Assembly: GCA_026396065.1 (NCBI GenBank)
Contig: JAPLXO010000008.1
Location: 1,056-65,055, forward strand
Length of the DNA: 64,000 nt
Reading direction: 5' to 3'
DNA from: Candidatus Nomurabacteria bacterium
GTDB lineage: Bacteria; Patescibacteriota; Minisyncoccia; Phycocordibacterales; UBA9973
The translations under genes were made by a program, and so were the position numbers. Below are positions 31,313 through 39,784 of the stretch, in pieces. The notes beneath the pieces were generated by a model. The model searched no databases and had not been told where the DNA came from. It was given only the letters and a program-made list of their open reading frames with translations. The stretch's first letter is position 1. Every line of letters begins with the position of its first letter.

Positions 31313-32059
31313 ATGAATTTTGAAATACAAAAAAATAATTCTAATCAAGAAAAAGAAAAGGTTGTTTCTGTGCATCAGGAGCATATTGGTATTTTGAATT
31401 ATAAATTTGAAGTTGGTGAAAAAGAATTAGAAAAGTGGAATACGCAAGTAGAGGCAATACATACAGCCATCGAAGAAAAAGATTTTGAAAGTTTAAAAAA
31501 ACTTTTAGAAAATCAAAAACTTATTGAACGTACACAAAAAACGTTACAACGTAGTGAATTTCTTTCACTTGAAAAACAAAAACACATAAAAGATTTGTTG
31601 GCTATTAGTGTTTGGGTAATTGATAATCAAAATAAATGGCCTGGGAATTTTAAAACTCAGTTTCGTTTAGTAGTGGGCGGTTTAAAACATTTAGAAGATT
31701 TTACAAAAAAAGATGGACGGGTTGGTCCAAATTGCTTGGATATGTGTGCTATTACACAAGCACTTGCCAATAAACGTGGTATTTTGGGTCAAATTGAAAG
31801 AGTTGGCGTTAAAGGTACTGGTAGTCGTTTTGGACACAGATATTGGCGTAGCAAAGAAGGTTTCGTTGTAGATACTCTTTGGGGTATTGATATAGGTGGT
31901 GTTTACTTAACTGACGAAGAATATGAGAAACGTCGTATTCGTAGACAAAAGGAACGATTGGGTGGTTTATTTATCGGATCATTCAATCCAAGTAGTCCTG
32001 AAGATTGTACAGAAAATTATCTTGATAAAGATGAAACTTTTAGAAAGTCTGCTTCGTAA
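31313..32059 (+). CDS. hypothetical protein
   Basis: 248-aa ORF immediately downstream of the tRNA-Gln repeat cluster; no motif recognised. Confidence 0.45.
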   Translation: MNFEIQKNNSNQEKEKVVSVHQEHIGILNYKFEVGEKELEKWNTQVEAIHTAIEEKDFESLKKLLENQKLIERTQKTLQRSEFLSLEKQKHIKDLLAISVWVIDNQNKWPGNFKTQFRLVVGGLKHLEDFTKKDGRVGPNCLDMCAITQALANKRGILGQIERVGVKGTGSRFGHRYWRSKEGFVVDTLWGIDIGGVYLTDEEYEKRRIRRQKERLGGLFIGSFNPSSPEDCTENYLDKDETFRKSAS

Positions 32060-32077
32060 TCTTAGTATTTTTGGTTT

Positions 32078-32611
32078 ATGAAAAAAATTTGGATTTTTAT
32101 TTTAATAACATTATTTATTCAAGAACCAGCTTCTACGGATGCGGCAATTTTTCAAATTCGTACTTTGCATATTAATATTTTTTTAATTAATTTTATTTGG
32201 ATTATTGCGACTGTTTTCGACATTTGGTTTGGGTATAAAGTAGGAAAGTTTGTTCAAAAGAAATTTAAAGATACAAGGTTTGAATTGTGGTCTTTCAGGT
32301 GGGCTGGAAGAATTGAAAATTTTATTGGTCAAAAAGGAAAAAAATTTGTTTTAATATTACTCGGTATTATAAACTTTCCGTACGCAAATTCTTTTCTTGC
32401 TTCTTGGCTGACACTTTCTTTTAAAGATATTTTCACTTATCTTTTTATCGGTGATGTCTTGTATTGGGCTATTGAGTGGGGGATTAATATAGGAGTTCGT
32501 AGTTTTGTAATTGATCCACATTTAGCCTTGTATATAGTAATAGGTGCCGGTTTGCTCCTTTTAGTAATTTCAAAAATTATTTTGAGTAAAGTTTTAAAAA
32601 ATAAGAACTAA
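32078..32611 (+). CDS. hypothetical membrane protein
   Basis: 4-5 TM ORF. Confidence 0.45.
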   Translation: MKKIWIFILITLFIQEPASTDAAIFQIRTLHINIFLINFIWIIATVFDIWFGYKVGKFVQKKFKDTRFELWSFRWAGRIENFIGQKGKKFVLILLGIINFPYANSFLASWLTLSFKDIFTYLFIGDVLYWAIEWGINIGVRSFVIDPHLALYIVIGAGLLLLVISKIILSKVLKNKN

Positions 32612-32638
32612 AAGAAATATTTTTTGTATTTTTAATTT

Positions 32639-34237
32639 TTACTCGAAATTACAGTTATTTTCTATTGGTAATGAAAGGGTAGTAAATACATTTTTACATA
32701 TTCCATTAATACTACTATTTTTCTTGAATACGTGGTCTTCATCAGCGTATGGATAAAATTCCACATTTTTATTTTGGTTTTTTAATTCTGAATATAATAA
32801 GTCAGCTTGAGCTGGAGGGACTGTCTTGTCGGCTTGTGCTTGTATAAGAACTATTTTTTGATTATCAAGATTTGGAATTCTAGAAATTATAGATGCTTTA
32901 TTGTATATTTTTTTATTTTTTTTACTTGGTTTGCCGTTAAAATCTACGTTAAAAATAGAATTATTTAAATTACTTAGCATACTTGCCCAATCTGTGACTC
33001 CGTTGATTGATATTGCCCCTGTGAATTGTTTTGGATAGGCCACAATACTTCGTAATGCCAAGTAACCACCATAGCTATTTCCCATTAAATATGTGTCTCC
33101 GATTTTGAAATCTTTTTTTATTGAAGTGAGAGCTGTCTCTACGTCTGCTACGTCACCTTTGCCCACATTTTCCTTAATTGCTTCTGCAAATTTTTTCCCA
33201 TAACCATAGCTACCTCGATAGTCGAGTTTTAGAACCATAACATTATTTTTTGCTAATTCATCCAATATTAAGTCGTAAACCGCATAGCTAGCATAAGGGT
33301 GGTATGCAAGAGCTGTTTGTCGATATGGGCCACCATGAAGCCATATTAAAAGTGTATGTTGTGTATCGTTATTAAAATTTTCTGGAGTCAATAGTGCCCC
33401 ATGCATATTTCCACCAAATGATATTTCCTTTCTATTAATTGTTGATACTGTTTCGTTTATATTTATACCAGTAAAGTTTTTTATCGTATTTGTTTGTTCA
33501 TCATAAAATACAGGATAGGATGAACTTCCTTTTACTACAAAAAATACAAAACCATTATCAAATTTTCTTATTCTGAAAGCATATGAAGCATTTGTAGCAA
33601 TTAGAGATATTTCTTTTGTTGTAAAATTATATTTATAAAGATTCCACTCATAAGCATTTTTTTTATTTGAAACAAAATATAAATCATTTTGTGAAGTTAA
33701 TATAAAACTACTCGTTGTAAAAGATTCAGTAAAAATCTTTTTACCCTTAAAAGTGTTTCCTTTTAGAGTAGATAAATCCAATTGATAAAGTGTAGGGTAG
33801 CCACTTTCATCATCTAGATAAACTAGTTTTTTTCCATCAGGTGAAAAAGATGATAGCATTCCTTCTTCACCAATTAAGTCCCAAAAAGAAACTTTATAAC
33901 TTCTTTTATAAATTTTCCCTGTTTTATTATTTTTTAAGAAAAAATTTCTAGTATGTATATTTTTTTTCCAAGTAGAACTAGTAGAAAAAGTAAAAGGTTT
34001 AAGATCCGTCTGTATTGTTTCTGCTGTAGTTTGTTCTGGAGTATTTTTTCCTAGATCAATACAAGAAAGATTACTTATTATGCAATTATAATAAGTAGGA
34101 TTTTCAGTGTTTCCATATCTTAATAAAATAGTGTCCTTTGTCTGAGAAAGGATCCTTCCGTAATTAATACCAGAAGCAGATGAACATATTGGAGATAGTA
34201 ATAAAATCCCAAAAACTATAAAAAGATATTTTTTCAT
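32639..34237 (-). CDS. S9 family serine peptidase (prolyl oligopeptidase/dipeptidyl-peptidase-like) with N-terminal beta-propeller
   Basis: Nucleophile elbow GNSYGGYLAL, LIWLHGGPY, catalytic D and H blocks near the C-terminus; signal peptide. Confidence 0.75.
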   Translation of the reverse strand: MKKYLFIVFGILLLSPICSSASGINYGRILSQTKDTILLRYGNTENPTYYNCIISNLSCIDLGKNTPEQTTAETIQTDLKPFTFSTSSTWKKNIHTRNFFLKNNKTGKIYKRSYKVSFWDLIGEEGMLSSFSPDGKKLVYLDDESGYPTLYQLDLSTLKGNTFKGKKIFTESFTTSSFILTSQNDLYFVSNKKNAYEWNLYKYNFTTKEISLIATNASYAFRIRKFDNGFVFFVVKGSSSYPVFYDEQTNTIKNFTGININETVSTINRKEISFGGNMHGALLTPENFNNDTQHTLLIWLHGGPYRQTALAYHPYASYAVYDLILDELAKNNVMVLKLDYRGSYGYGKKFAEAIKENVGKGDVADVETALTSIKKDFKIGDTYLMGNSYGGYLALRSIVAYPKQFTGAISINGVTDWASMLSNLNNSIFNVDFNGKPSKKNKKIYNKASIISRIPNLDNQKIVLIQAQADKTVPPAQADLLYSELKNQNKNVEFYPYADEDHVFKKNSSINGICKNVFTTLSLPIENNCNFE

Positions 34238-34240
34238 TTC

Positions 34241-35167
34241 TTAATCAAAAATATTAGCTAAATAAGTGTCTATTATTCTTTGATCCAAATTATAAAAATA
34301 AGTATTATCGTCATGGATCTTTGTAGCAAGTGCTATTCCTACAAAACGCCAATGCCATGGTTCAAATTTGTAATAAATATTACTTTTTGGATATGAAATA
34401 ATAAAACCATATTTATATGCATTTTCGAGAAGCCAACTATACTCTGGTGTTTTGTCAAAACCTTCCAATTTTCCTCCAATTTTTTGAGTTGTAAAATCTA
34501 CAGTTGTTCCTAGCTGATGTTCAGAATATCCTTGTTCAGCAGAAAATGAATTTGCTGTTCCAGCTCCATATCTAATACGATATTCAGATTTTAATATTGC
34601 TTGAGTCTCAAAACTACGATAAGCAGATGCAATTTGCAGAGTCATACCATTACCGTTTGCATTATCTAGTATATTCTTTAGGTCTTGATAAACATTACTA
34701 TGTATTTGCAGTGTCCTTGTTTTATTATTTAAATATTTTGTTTCAATATCTATTAAAGATAATGGAATATAGTGTTCATTCAAAAAATAATTTTTTGAAT
34801 ATTTTTTTAGTAATTCTGAATCTGTTTTACTGAGTCTCTCTAAATCGCTAACATTGTTTGAAATTTCTCCAAGATTGTTATTAATTTGATCTATTATGGT
34901 ACTAATAGAACCAGTTTTTGTTTTTTCTGAATCTATTGTTTGAAAAATTAAATCATTTTGTTCTTTTAATTTTAGTATATTTCTTTCAAGATCATTTATT
35001 CTTTTCTCAGAATTTATTTTTGTTGTTTCAAAATTATTTACAGCATATAAAAATTTTTTTATATTTTTTATATATCCATAAGAAATATAAGTAAAAAGAC
35101 AAAAAACCACAAAAAGTAGTGGAAAAAATATTTTTTTAGATATTTCATTCTTTAAAAAATTCTGCAT
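34241..35167 (-). CDS. M15 family D-Ala-D-Ala carboxypeptidase (VanY-like), membrane-anchored with coiled coil
   Basis: SAYRSFETQ, SEHQLGTTVDF, EPWHWRF motifs (zinc ligands H-D-H). Confidence 0.7.
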   Translation of the reverse strand: MQNFLKNEISKKIFFPLLFVVFCLFTYISYGYIKNIKKFLYAVNNFETTKINSEKRINDLERNILKLKEQNDLIFQTIDSEKTKTGSISTIIDQINNNLGEISNNVSDLERLSKTDSELLKKYSKNYFLNEHYIPLSLIDIETKYLNNKTRTLQIHSNVYQDLKNILDNANGNGMTLQIASAYRSFETQAILKSEYRIRYGAGTANSFSAEQGYSEHQLGTTVDFTTQKIGGKLEGFDKTPEYSWLLENAYKYGFIISYPKSNIYYKFEPWHWRFVGIALATKIHDDNTYFYNLDQRIIDTYLANIFD

Positions 35168-35202
35168 ACTTGTATTCTAGCATATTATAGTATAATAATA
35201 GT

Positions 35203-35598
35203 ATGGAAAAAATGTCAGAAAAAAAGAGGTTTTCTATTGTTGCTAGGGTTAAAAGTGTAAACCATGCATTTAGAGGCTTTATTATATTATTAAAAACTGG
35301 GCATAATTTTTGGACGCATATCTTTTTTGGTTTTTTTGCTATATATTTAGGTTTTATTTTAAAAATTTCAAGTATTGAATGGGCTATTATTGTTTTTACT
35401 GTAGGATTAGTTCTTATTGTTGAGTCAATTAATACTGCTATTGAAATAGATATAGATCTAACTAGCCCAAATTATCATCCATACGCTAGAGACACAAAAG
35501 ATGTTTCAGCTGCAGCGGTAGCCCTTTCTGTTTTAGTGGCTGGTATTATTGGACTTATTATTTTTTTACCAAAAATTTTAGTTCTTTTGATTAAATAA
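35203..35598 (+). CDS. dgkA: diacylglycerol kinase / undecaprenol kinase family
   Basis: ~120-aa 3-TM protein with DgkA N-terminal amphipathic helix (NHAFRGF). Confidence 0.65.
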   Translation: MEKMSEKKRFSIVARVKSVNHAFRGFIILLKTGHNFWTHIFFGFFAIYLGFILKISSIEWAIIVFTVGLVLIVESINTAIEIDIDLTSPNYHPYARDTKDVSAAAVALSVLVAGIIGLIIFLPKILVLLIK

Positions 35599-35624
35599 TC
35601 AAGATTTAGTATAATGAAAAGATT

Positions 35625-36026
35625 ATGACAAATATAAAAATTTTCTTTTCAGTAATAGGGTTATTAATCTTAGGTACAGTTTTTGCAGTAGTTATTAAAT
35701 CAAAACCCGAAGTCAGTGCATTTCCAGGAAAATATGATACTTTCGCACAGTGTTTAAAAGAAAAAGGTGTTACATTTTATGGAGCATTTTGGTGTCCTCA
35801 TTGTAAAAAACAAAAAGAACTCTTTGGAACTTCTGTAAAATTTTTGAAATATGTAGAATGTTCTTTGCCTGATGCTTCTGGTCAAACACAAGAATGTAAA
35901 GATAAAAAAATAGAAGGGTATCCTACTTGGGAGCTTGCTGATGGAACACGTTTACCAGTAGAAAATGCTAGTGGAGTTTCTCTTGAGACATTATCAGCAA
36001 AGACTAGCTGTGCATTGCCGCAATAA
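35625..36026 (+). CDS. membrane-anchored thioredoxin-fold protein (DsbA-like partner of DsbB)
   Basis: CPHC active site (GAFWCPHCKKQKELFG), N-terminal TM. Confidence 0.7.
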   Translation: MTNIKIFFSVIGLLILGTVFAVVIKSKPEVSAFPGKYDTFAQCLKEKGVTFYGAFWCPHCKKQKELFGTSVKFLKYVECSLPDASGQTQECKDKKIEGYPTWELADGTRLPVENASGVSLETLSAKTSCALPQ

Positions 36027-36027
36027 T

Positions 36028-36579
36028 ATGAATTCAATCACTGTGCATTATCTAAATATGTTTCTAGGGATAGGGGCTATTTTACTTCAGTTGTTTTCTT
36101 TTGTTGCTCTCGCTACACTTTTTTTTGGAGATAAAAAAGCAAAGTTTTTAGAATATATTGATAAACATTTTTTAGTTATAGGACTATTAATATCTCTTTT
36201 TGCTTTGTTTTTTTCTTTAGTATATTCAGAAGTTATTAATTTTGCACCATGTTATCTTTGTTGGTGGCAAAGAGTTTTTGTTTACCCATTGGTTTTTATG
36301 TTTGCTGTTGCCCTTTGGCATAAAGATAAAAAAGTCTTGCGTTATTCTTTACCACTAGTCGCTATTGGTTTTTGTATTTCTGCTTATCACAATTTAAGAT
36401 ATTATTTTGGTGAAAATACAAATGCACCTTGTGATTCTTCTGGAGTTTCTTGTTATCAACAACTCGTCAGTGAATTTCACAATTATATTTCAATTCCAAT
36501 GTTAGCCCTTACAGGATTATTTGCTTTACTTACACTTTGTCTAGTTGTGCACTTTCGATCAAAACATATTGAAAAATAA
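36028..36579 (+). CDS. disulfide bond formation protein DsbB/BdbC family
   Basis: 4 TM; CYLCWWQR motif in the first loop, second Cys pair downstream; start set at the internal Met. Confidence 0.65.
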   Translation: MNSITVHYLNMFLGIGAILLQLFSFVALATLFFGDKKAKFLEYIDKHFLVIGLLISLFALFFSLVYSEVINFAPCYLCWWQRVFVYPLVFMFAVALWHKDKKVLRYSLPLVAIGFCISAYHNLRYYFGENTNAPCDSSGVSCYQQLVSEFHNYISIPMLALTGLFALLTLCLVVHFRSKHIEK

Positions 36580-36686
36580 ATTTGCTCTATTTTTTCTAAA
36601 TATGATATAATTAATTTATTATTAGTTTAATGTAGTTAGATATTTTTATACTTTCTTTCGACACTGTATAAAAATATCCAAAATCT

Positions 36687-36752
36687 ATGTCAAAAGGAGA
36701 TACACATCAACACCGAGAAAAAAAGAAGCCAAAGAAAGTAAAGGCAAAATAA
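36687..36752 (+). CDS. 21-aa Lys-rich peptide ORF (MSKGDTHQHREKKKPKKVKAK) with own terminator
   Basis: ATG ORF followed 10 nt later by the perfect hairpin acaccccaatatggggtgt plus T-run. Confidence 0.3.
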   Translation: MSKGDTHQHREKKKPKKVKAK

Positions 36753-36762
36753 TTTATCAAAA

Positions 36763-36788
36763 AACACCCCAATATGGGGTGTTTTTTG
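36763..36788 (+). terminator. rho-independent terminator
   Basis: acaccccaatatggggtgttttttg. Confidence 0.7.
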
Positions 36789-36853
36789 ATATTGCTTAAA
36801 GGGGTGAAAGGTATATAATAAGGGTATATCAGTTAAATTAATTTTAGAAAATT

Positions 36854-37219
36854 ATGCAATATATATTTATTTTAGGTAGAATTTTAATGGGAGGGTTTTT
36901 TTTGAATAGTGGTTTTAATCATCTTAAAAATTTAAAAGACACAGCTGGATACGCAGCATCAAAGGGTATTCCTATGCCAAAGTTGGCTGTTTTTATAACT
37001 GGATTGATGCTTATATTAGGAGGCCTTGGTATTATTTTTCTATTTCACATGGCATTAGCTCTTATGCTCATAATTTTGTTTTTAATTCCTACTACTATAA
37101 TGATGCATCAATACTGGAGAGCTACTGATCCAATGCAAAAAATGGGTGAGATGATTAATTTTTATAAAAATCTGGGTTTATTGGGTGCAGCTTTAATGCT
37201 TTTTGCATTATTTTCTTAA
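36854..37219 (+). CDS. DoxX family membrane protein
   Basis: RILMGGFFLNSGFNHL N-terminal DoxX signature, 4 TM. Confidence 0.65.
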   Translation: MQYIFILGRILMGGFFLNSGFNHLKNLKDTAGYAASKGIPMPKLAVFITGLMLILGGLGIIFLFHMALALMLIILFLIPTTIMMHQYWRATDPMQKMGEMINFYKNLGLLGAALMLFALFS

Positions 37220-37238
37220 TTTCTAAAAAAATTTATTC

Positions 37239-37649
37239 ATGGCATCTTTTTTCTTGATATTTATACGTTTTGGTAGAGCTATAAAATCTGCTTGGAAAGA
37301 ATCAGAATTTAAAGGTCTTGTATTTATTGTAGTTGTTATTTTATTCGCTGGAACTATTGTATATCACTCTGTTGAGGGTTGGAATTATTTAGATTCTTTA
37401 TTTTTTAGTGTAACTACTTTGACTACTGTAGGCTATGGTGGAGAAGATTTAATTCCCCATAGTCCAATTAGTAAAATATTCACAATGGTTTATATTTTTG
37501 TTGGACTTGGAGTTATGTTTGCTTTTATAAATACTGTAGCTAAACATGCACAAAAGGAGCCATCTGTGATGAGTGGTCTCGCTAAAGATGGAAAAGAAAT
37601 ATTACGTAAAGTAAATATTTTAAATAGTGATGAAGAAACAAAAAACTAA
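37239..37649 (+). CDS. two-TM potassium channel (KcsA-like pore)
   Basis: Selectivity filter TTVGYGG flanked by two TM helices. Confidence 0.8.
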   Translation: MASFFLIFIRFGRAIKSAWKESEFKGLVFIVVVILFAGTIVYHSVEGWNYLDSLFFSVTTLTTVGYGGEDLIPHSPISKIFTMVYIFVGLGVMFAFINTVAKHAQKEPSVMSGLAKDGKEILRKVNILNSDEETKN

Positions 37650-38061
37650 AATAATGGTTTTTGGAACTTTCGATGGTTTACATCTCGGTCATTTAAATTT
37701 TTTTAAACAAGCTAGAAATTTAGCAATTAAAAATTGTTTACCATTTTTAATTATATCTATCGCTAGAGATAAAAATGTAAAAAAAATAAAAAATAAAAAG
37801 ACAATTTTTTCTGAAAAAGAAAGAATGTTCTTGGTTAAAAAAAGTAAACTCGCAGATAAAGTAGTTCTCTCTGGAATTAAAAATTATATTCCACATATTG
37901 TAAAAGAAAAACCAGAAATTATTGCCCTTGGCTATGATCAAAAAGCCTATGTGAAGAATCTTAGAGCTGAGCTGTTTAAAAAGGGGATTAACGTTAAAAT
38001 TGCTCGTTTAAAGCCATATAAAGAGCATATATACAAAAACTCTTTACTCAACAAGAGCTAA
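37627..38061 (+). CDS. cytidylyltransferase-like nucleotidyltransferase (HxGH; RibL/TagD-like)
   Basis: MVFGTFDGLHLGHLNF motif; ~140 aa. Confidence 0.55.
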   Translation: MMKKQKTKIMVFGTFDGLHLGHLNFFKQARNLAIKNCLPFLIISIARDKNVKKIKNKKTIFSEKERMFLVKKSKLADKVVLSGIKNYIPHIVKEKPEIIALGYDQKAYVKNLRAELFKKGINVKIARLKPYKEHIYKNSLLNKS

Positions 38062-38170
38062 AAATATACTTGCTTTTTAAGTGTTCATGTGTTATCCTGT
38101 AATTTAATCGGACGACAGTTTTTAGTTTTTCGAAAAAAAAATAAGTAAACCTTAAAAACATTAGAAAATC

Positions 38171-38581
38171 ATGTTTGTAACGAAAGAACAGTGCCCAGGA
38201 ACAATTTTTGTTTCTATGAGCGGAAAAGAACTTTCTGCTTTAGAAAAATCACAAACCTTATCATCAGTTATGGATGTCATTAAAAACGACAAAAAGACTG
38301 ATCGAATTAATTTCCAGGTATCATTATTGCCTGATTCTCCCTCTATCATAAAAAAGAAAAAGGAGAGTAAAAACAAAATTTTATTTTTTGGATGTCCAAT
38401 GATATTGGAATTCAATAAGATAAATAATGAGTATTGTTTAACGCTTAACGGTGATTGGGCTAAAGAGCACCTTTCACCTGAAGGGTTGGATGATATGGGT
38501 ATAAAAGAATTCCAATTTAACAAAAAGAAAATTTCCAGCATCATTTTCTCAGTAGGAGAGGAGTTGGAAACCCTTAATTAA
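38171..38581 (+). CDS. hypothetical protein
   Basis: ORF with upstream AT-rich region; the antisense ORF 38161-38544 was judged spurious. Confidence 0.4.
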   Translation: MFVTKEQCPGTIFVSMSGKELSALEKSQTLSSVMDVIKNDKKTDRINFQVSLLPDSPSIIKKKKESKNKILFFGCPMILEFNKINNEYCLTLNGDWAKEHLSPEGLDDMGIKEFQFNKKKISSIIFSVGEELETLN

Positions 38582-38625
38582 GGATTCATTTTTTAAAAAG
38601 GCTTCACAGCAATGTGGAGCTTTTT

Positions 38626-39777
38626 TTATTTTACTTCTTTTAGTCGAATAGAAATTAAAACCCCAGATAGTAATATTGCACCTAATACAAAGAAAAGATA
38701 TTTAAAAGATGGAATATATAAGAGTATTGGTATAGCAATTAATGGACCAATTATATAAGACAAAGAAGATGTATTTCTAAAGAAAACAATTACATCTGCT
38801 TTTTCTGCTGTCACTATTTTGAAAAAATAATTGTCTGACATTACTTCTATGGCTGCAGCTCCTACGCGCGTGCCAAATAAAATCATTGCCCAGATTTTCC
38901 AATCCATTGTTGTAACAAAAGGAATAATTAAAGTAAAAAAAGTAGTTATAAATAACCCAACAATAAGCATTTTCTTTTCACCAATTTTGTCAGATAGGCG
39001 GCCAAGTGGCATATCTAAAATTACGAATGGTATAAGCATTATTGTGAATATTAAACCAATTTTATCCCAACCAAAATGCAGGTATTGATGTAAATATATT
39101 GGTGTATAAATAACCATCCAAGCATAAAAGAATTTTAAAATAAAACTAATAATATATATTTTAGAAATATTTTTATCTTTTAAAAATAATTTTATTGTTT
39201 TTAACAACGATATTTTTTTATATAATGGATCTTCAAAATTTTTAAGAAATAATATAAATATTCCTGCCACAAGTCCCATAAATAAAGCAGAGAATAAATA
39301 GATTCCTTTATAAGAACTTTTAGCAATAATTGAACCAGAAATAGCTTGTGACAAAACCCATGCTAAATTTGCTATTACTAAATAAGTTCCACGAATTCTA
39401 CCTATCTCTCTTGCTTTTGAAAGTTCTTCAATAAAGATATCAAGTGAAACCATAATGAAACTCGCAGATACAAAATATAAAATAAAACAAATTACTATTA
39501 GTAATTGTTGTTTTAAAAATGCCATTCCAATTAATGAAAATAGAGTAACCAAGCTAAAAAGCATTGTAGCATTTCTATTTCCTATGTTTCTAAGAATTCT
39601 TGATATTTCAACAAGTCCAAATATCGTTATAATTGAGGCAATTATATAAACTAATCCAACATATTTTGTTTCCATATAAGACTCTAAAAAACTAGAGTTT
39701 ATATAAGAAGTCAATGCAAATGGAAGAGCAAATAAAAATCCTGCAAGATATATTATTCTTCTTTCTTTTTTTATCAC
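38626..39777 (-). CDS. MFS transporter
   Basis: 12-TM organisation with an MFS loop2-3 motif (GRLSDKIGEKKM). Confidence 0.75.
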   Translation of the reverse strand: MIKKERRIIYLAGFLFALPFALTSYINSSFLESYMETKYVGLVYIIASIITIFGLVEISRILRNIGNRNATMLFSLVTLFSLIGMAFLKQQLLIVICFILYFVSASFIMVSLDIFIEELSKAREIGRIRGTYLVIANLAWVLSQAISGSIIAKSSYKGIYLFSALFMGLVAGIFILFLKNFEDPLYKKISLLKTIKLFLKDKNISKIYIISFILKFFYAWMVIYTPIYLHQYLHFGWDKIGLIFTIMLIPFVILDMPLGRLSDKIGEKKMLIVGLFITTFFTLIIPFVTTMDWKIWAMILFGTRVGAAAIEVMSDNYFFKIVTAEKADVIVFFRNTSSLSYIIGPLIAIPILLYIPSFKYLFFVLGAILLSGVLISIRLKEVK

Positions 39778-39784
39778 TAATGAA

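Noticed and set aside
38161-38544. 127-aa minus-strand ORF opposite 38171-38581
   Set aside because: It is the mirror of the plus-strand ORF. The plus-strand version has a cleaner start context and continues the local gene orientation; the choice remains low confidence.
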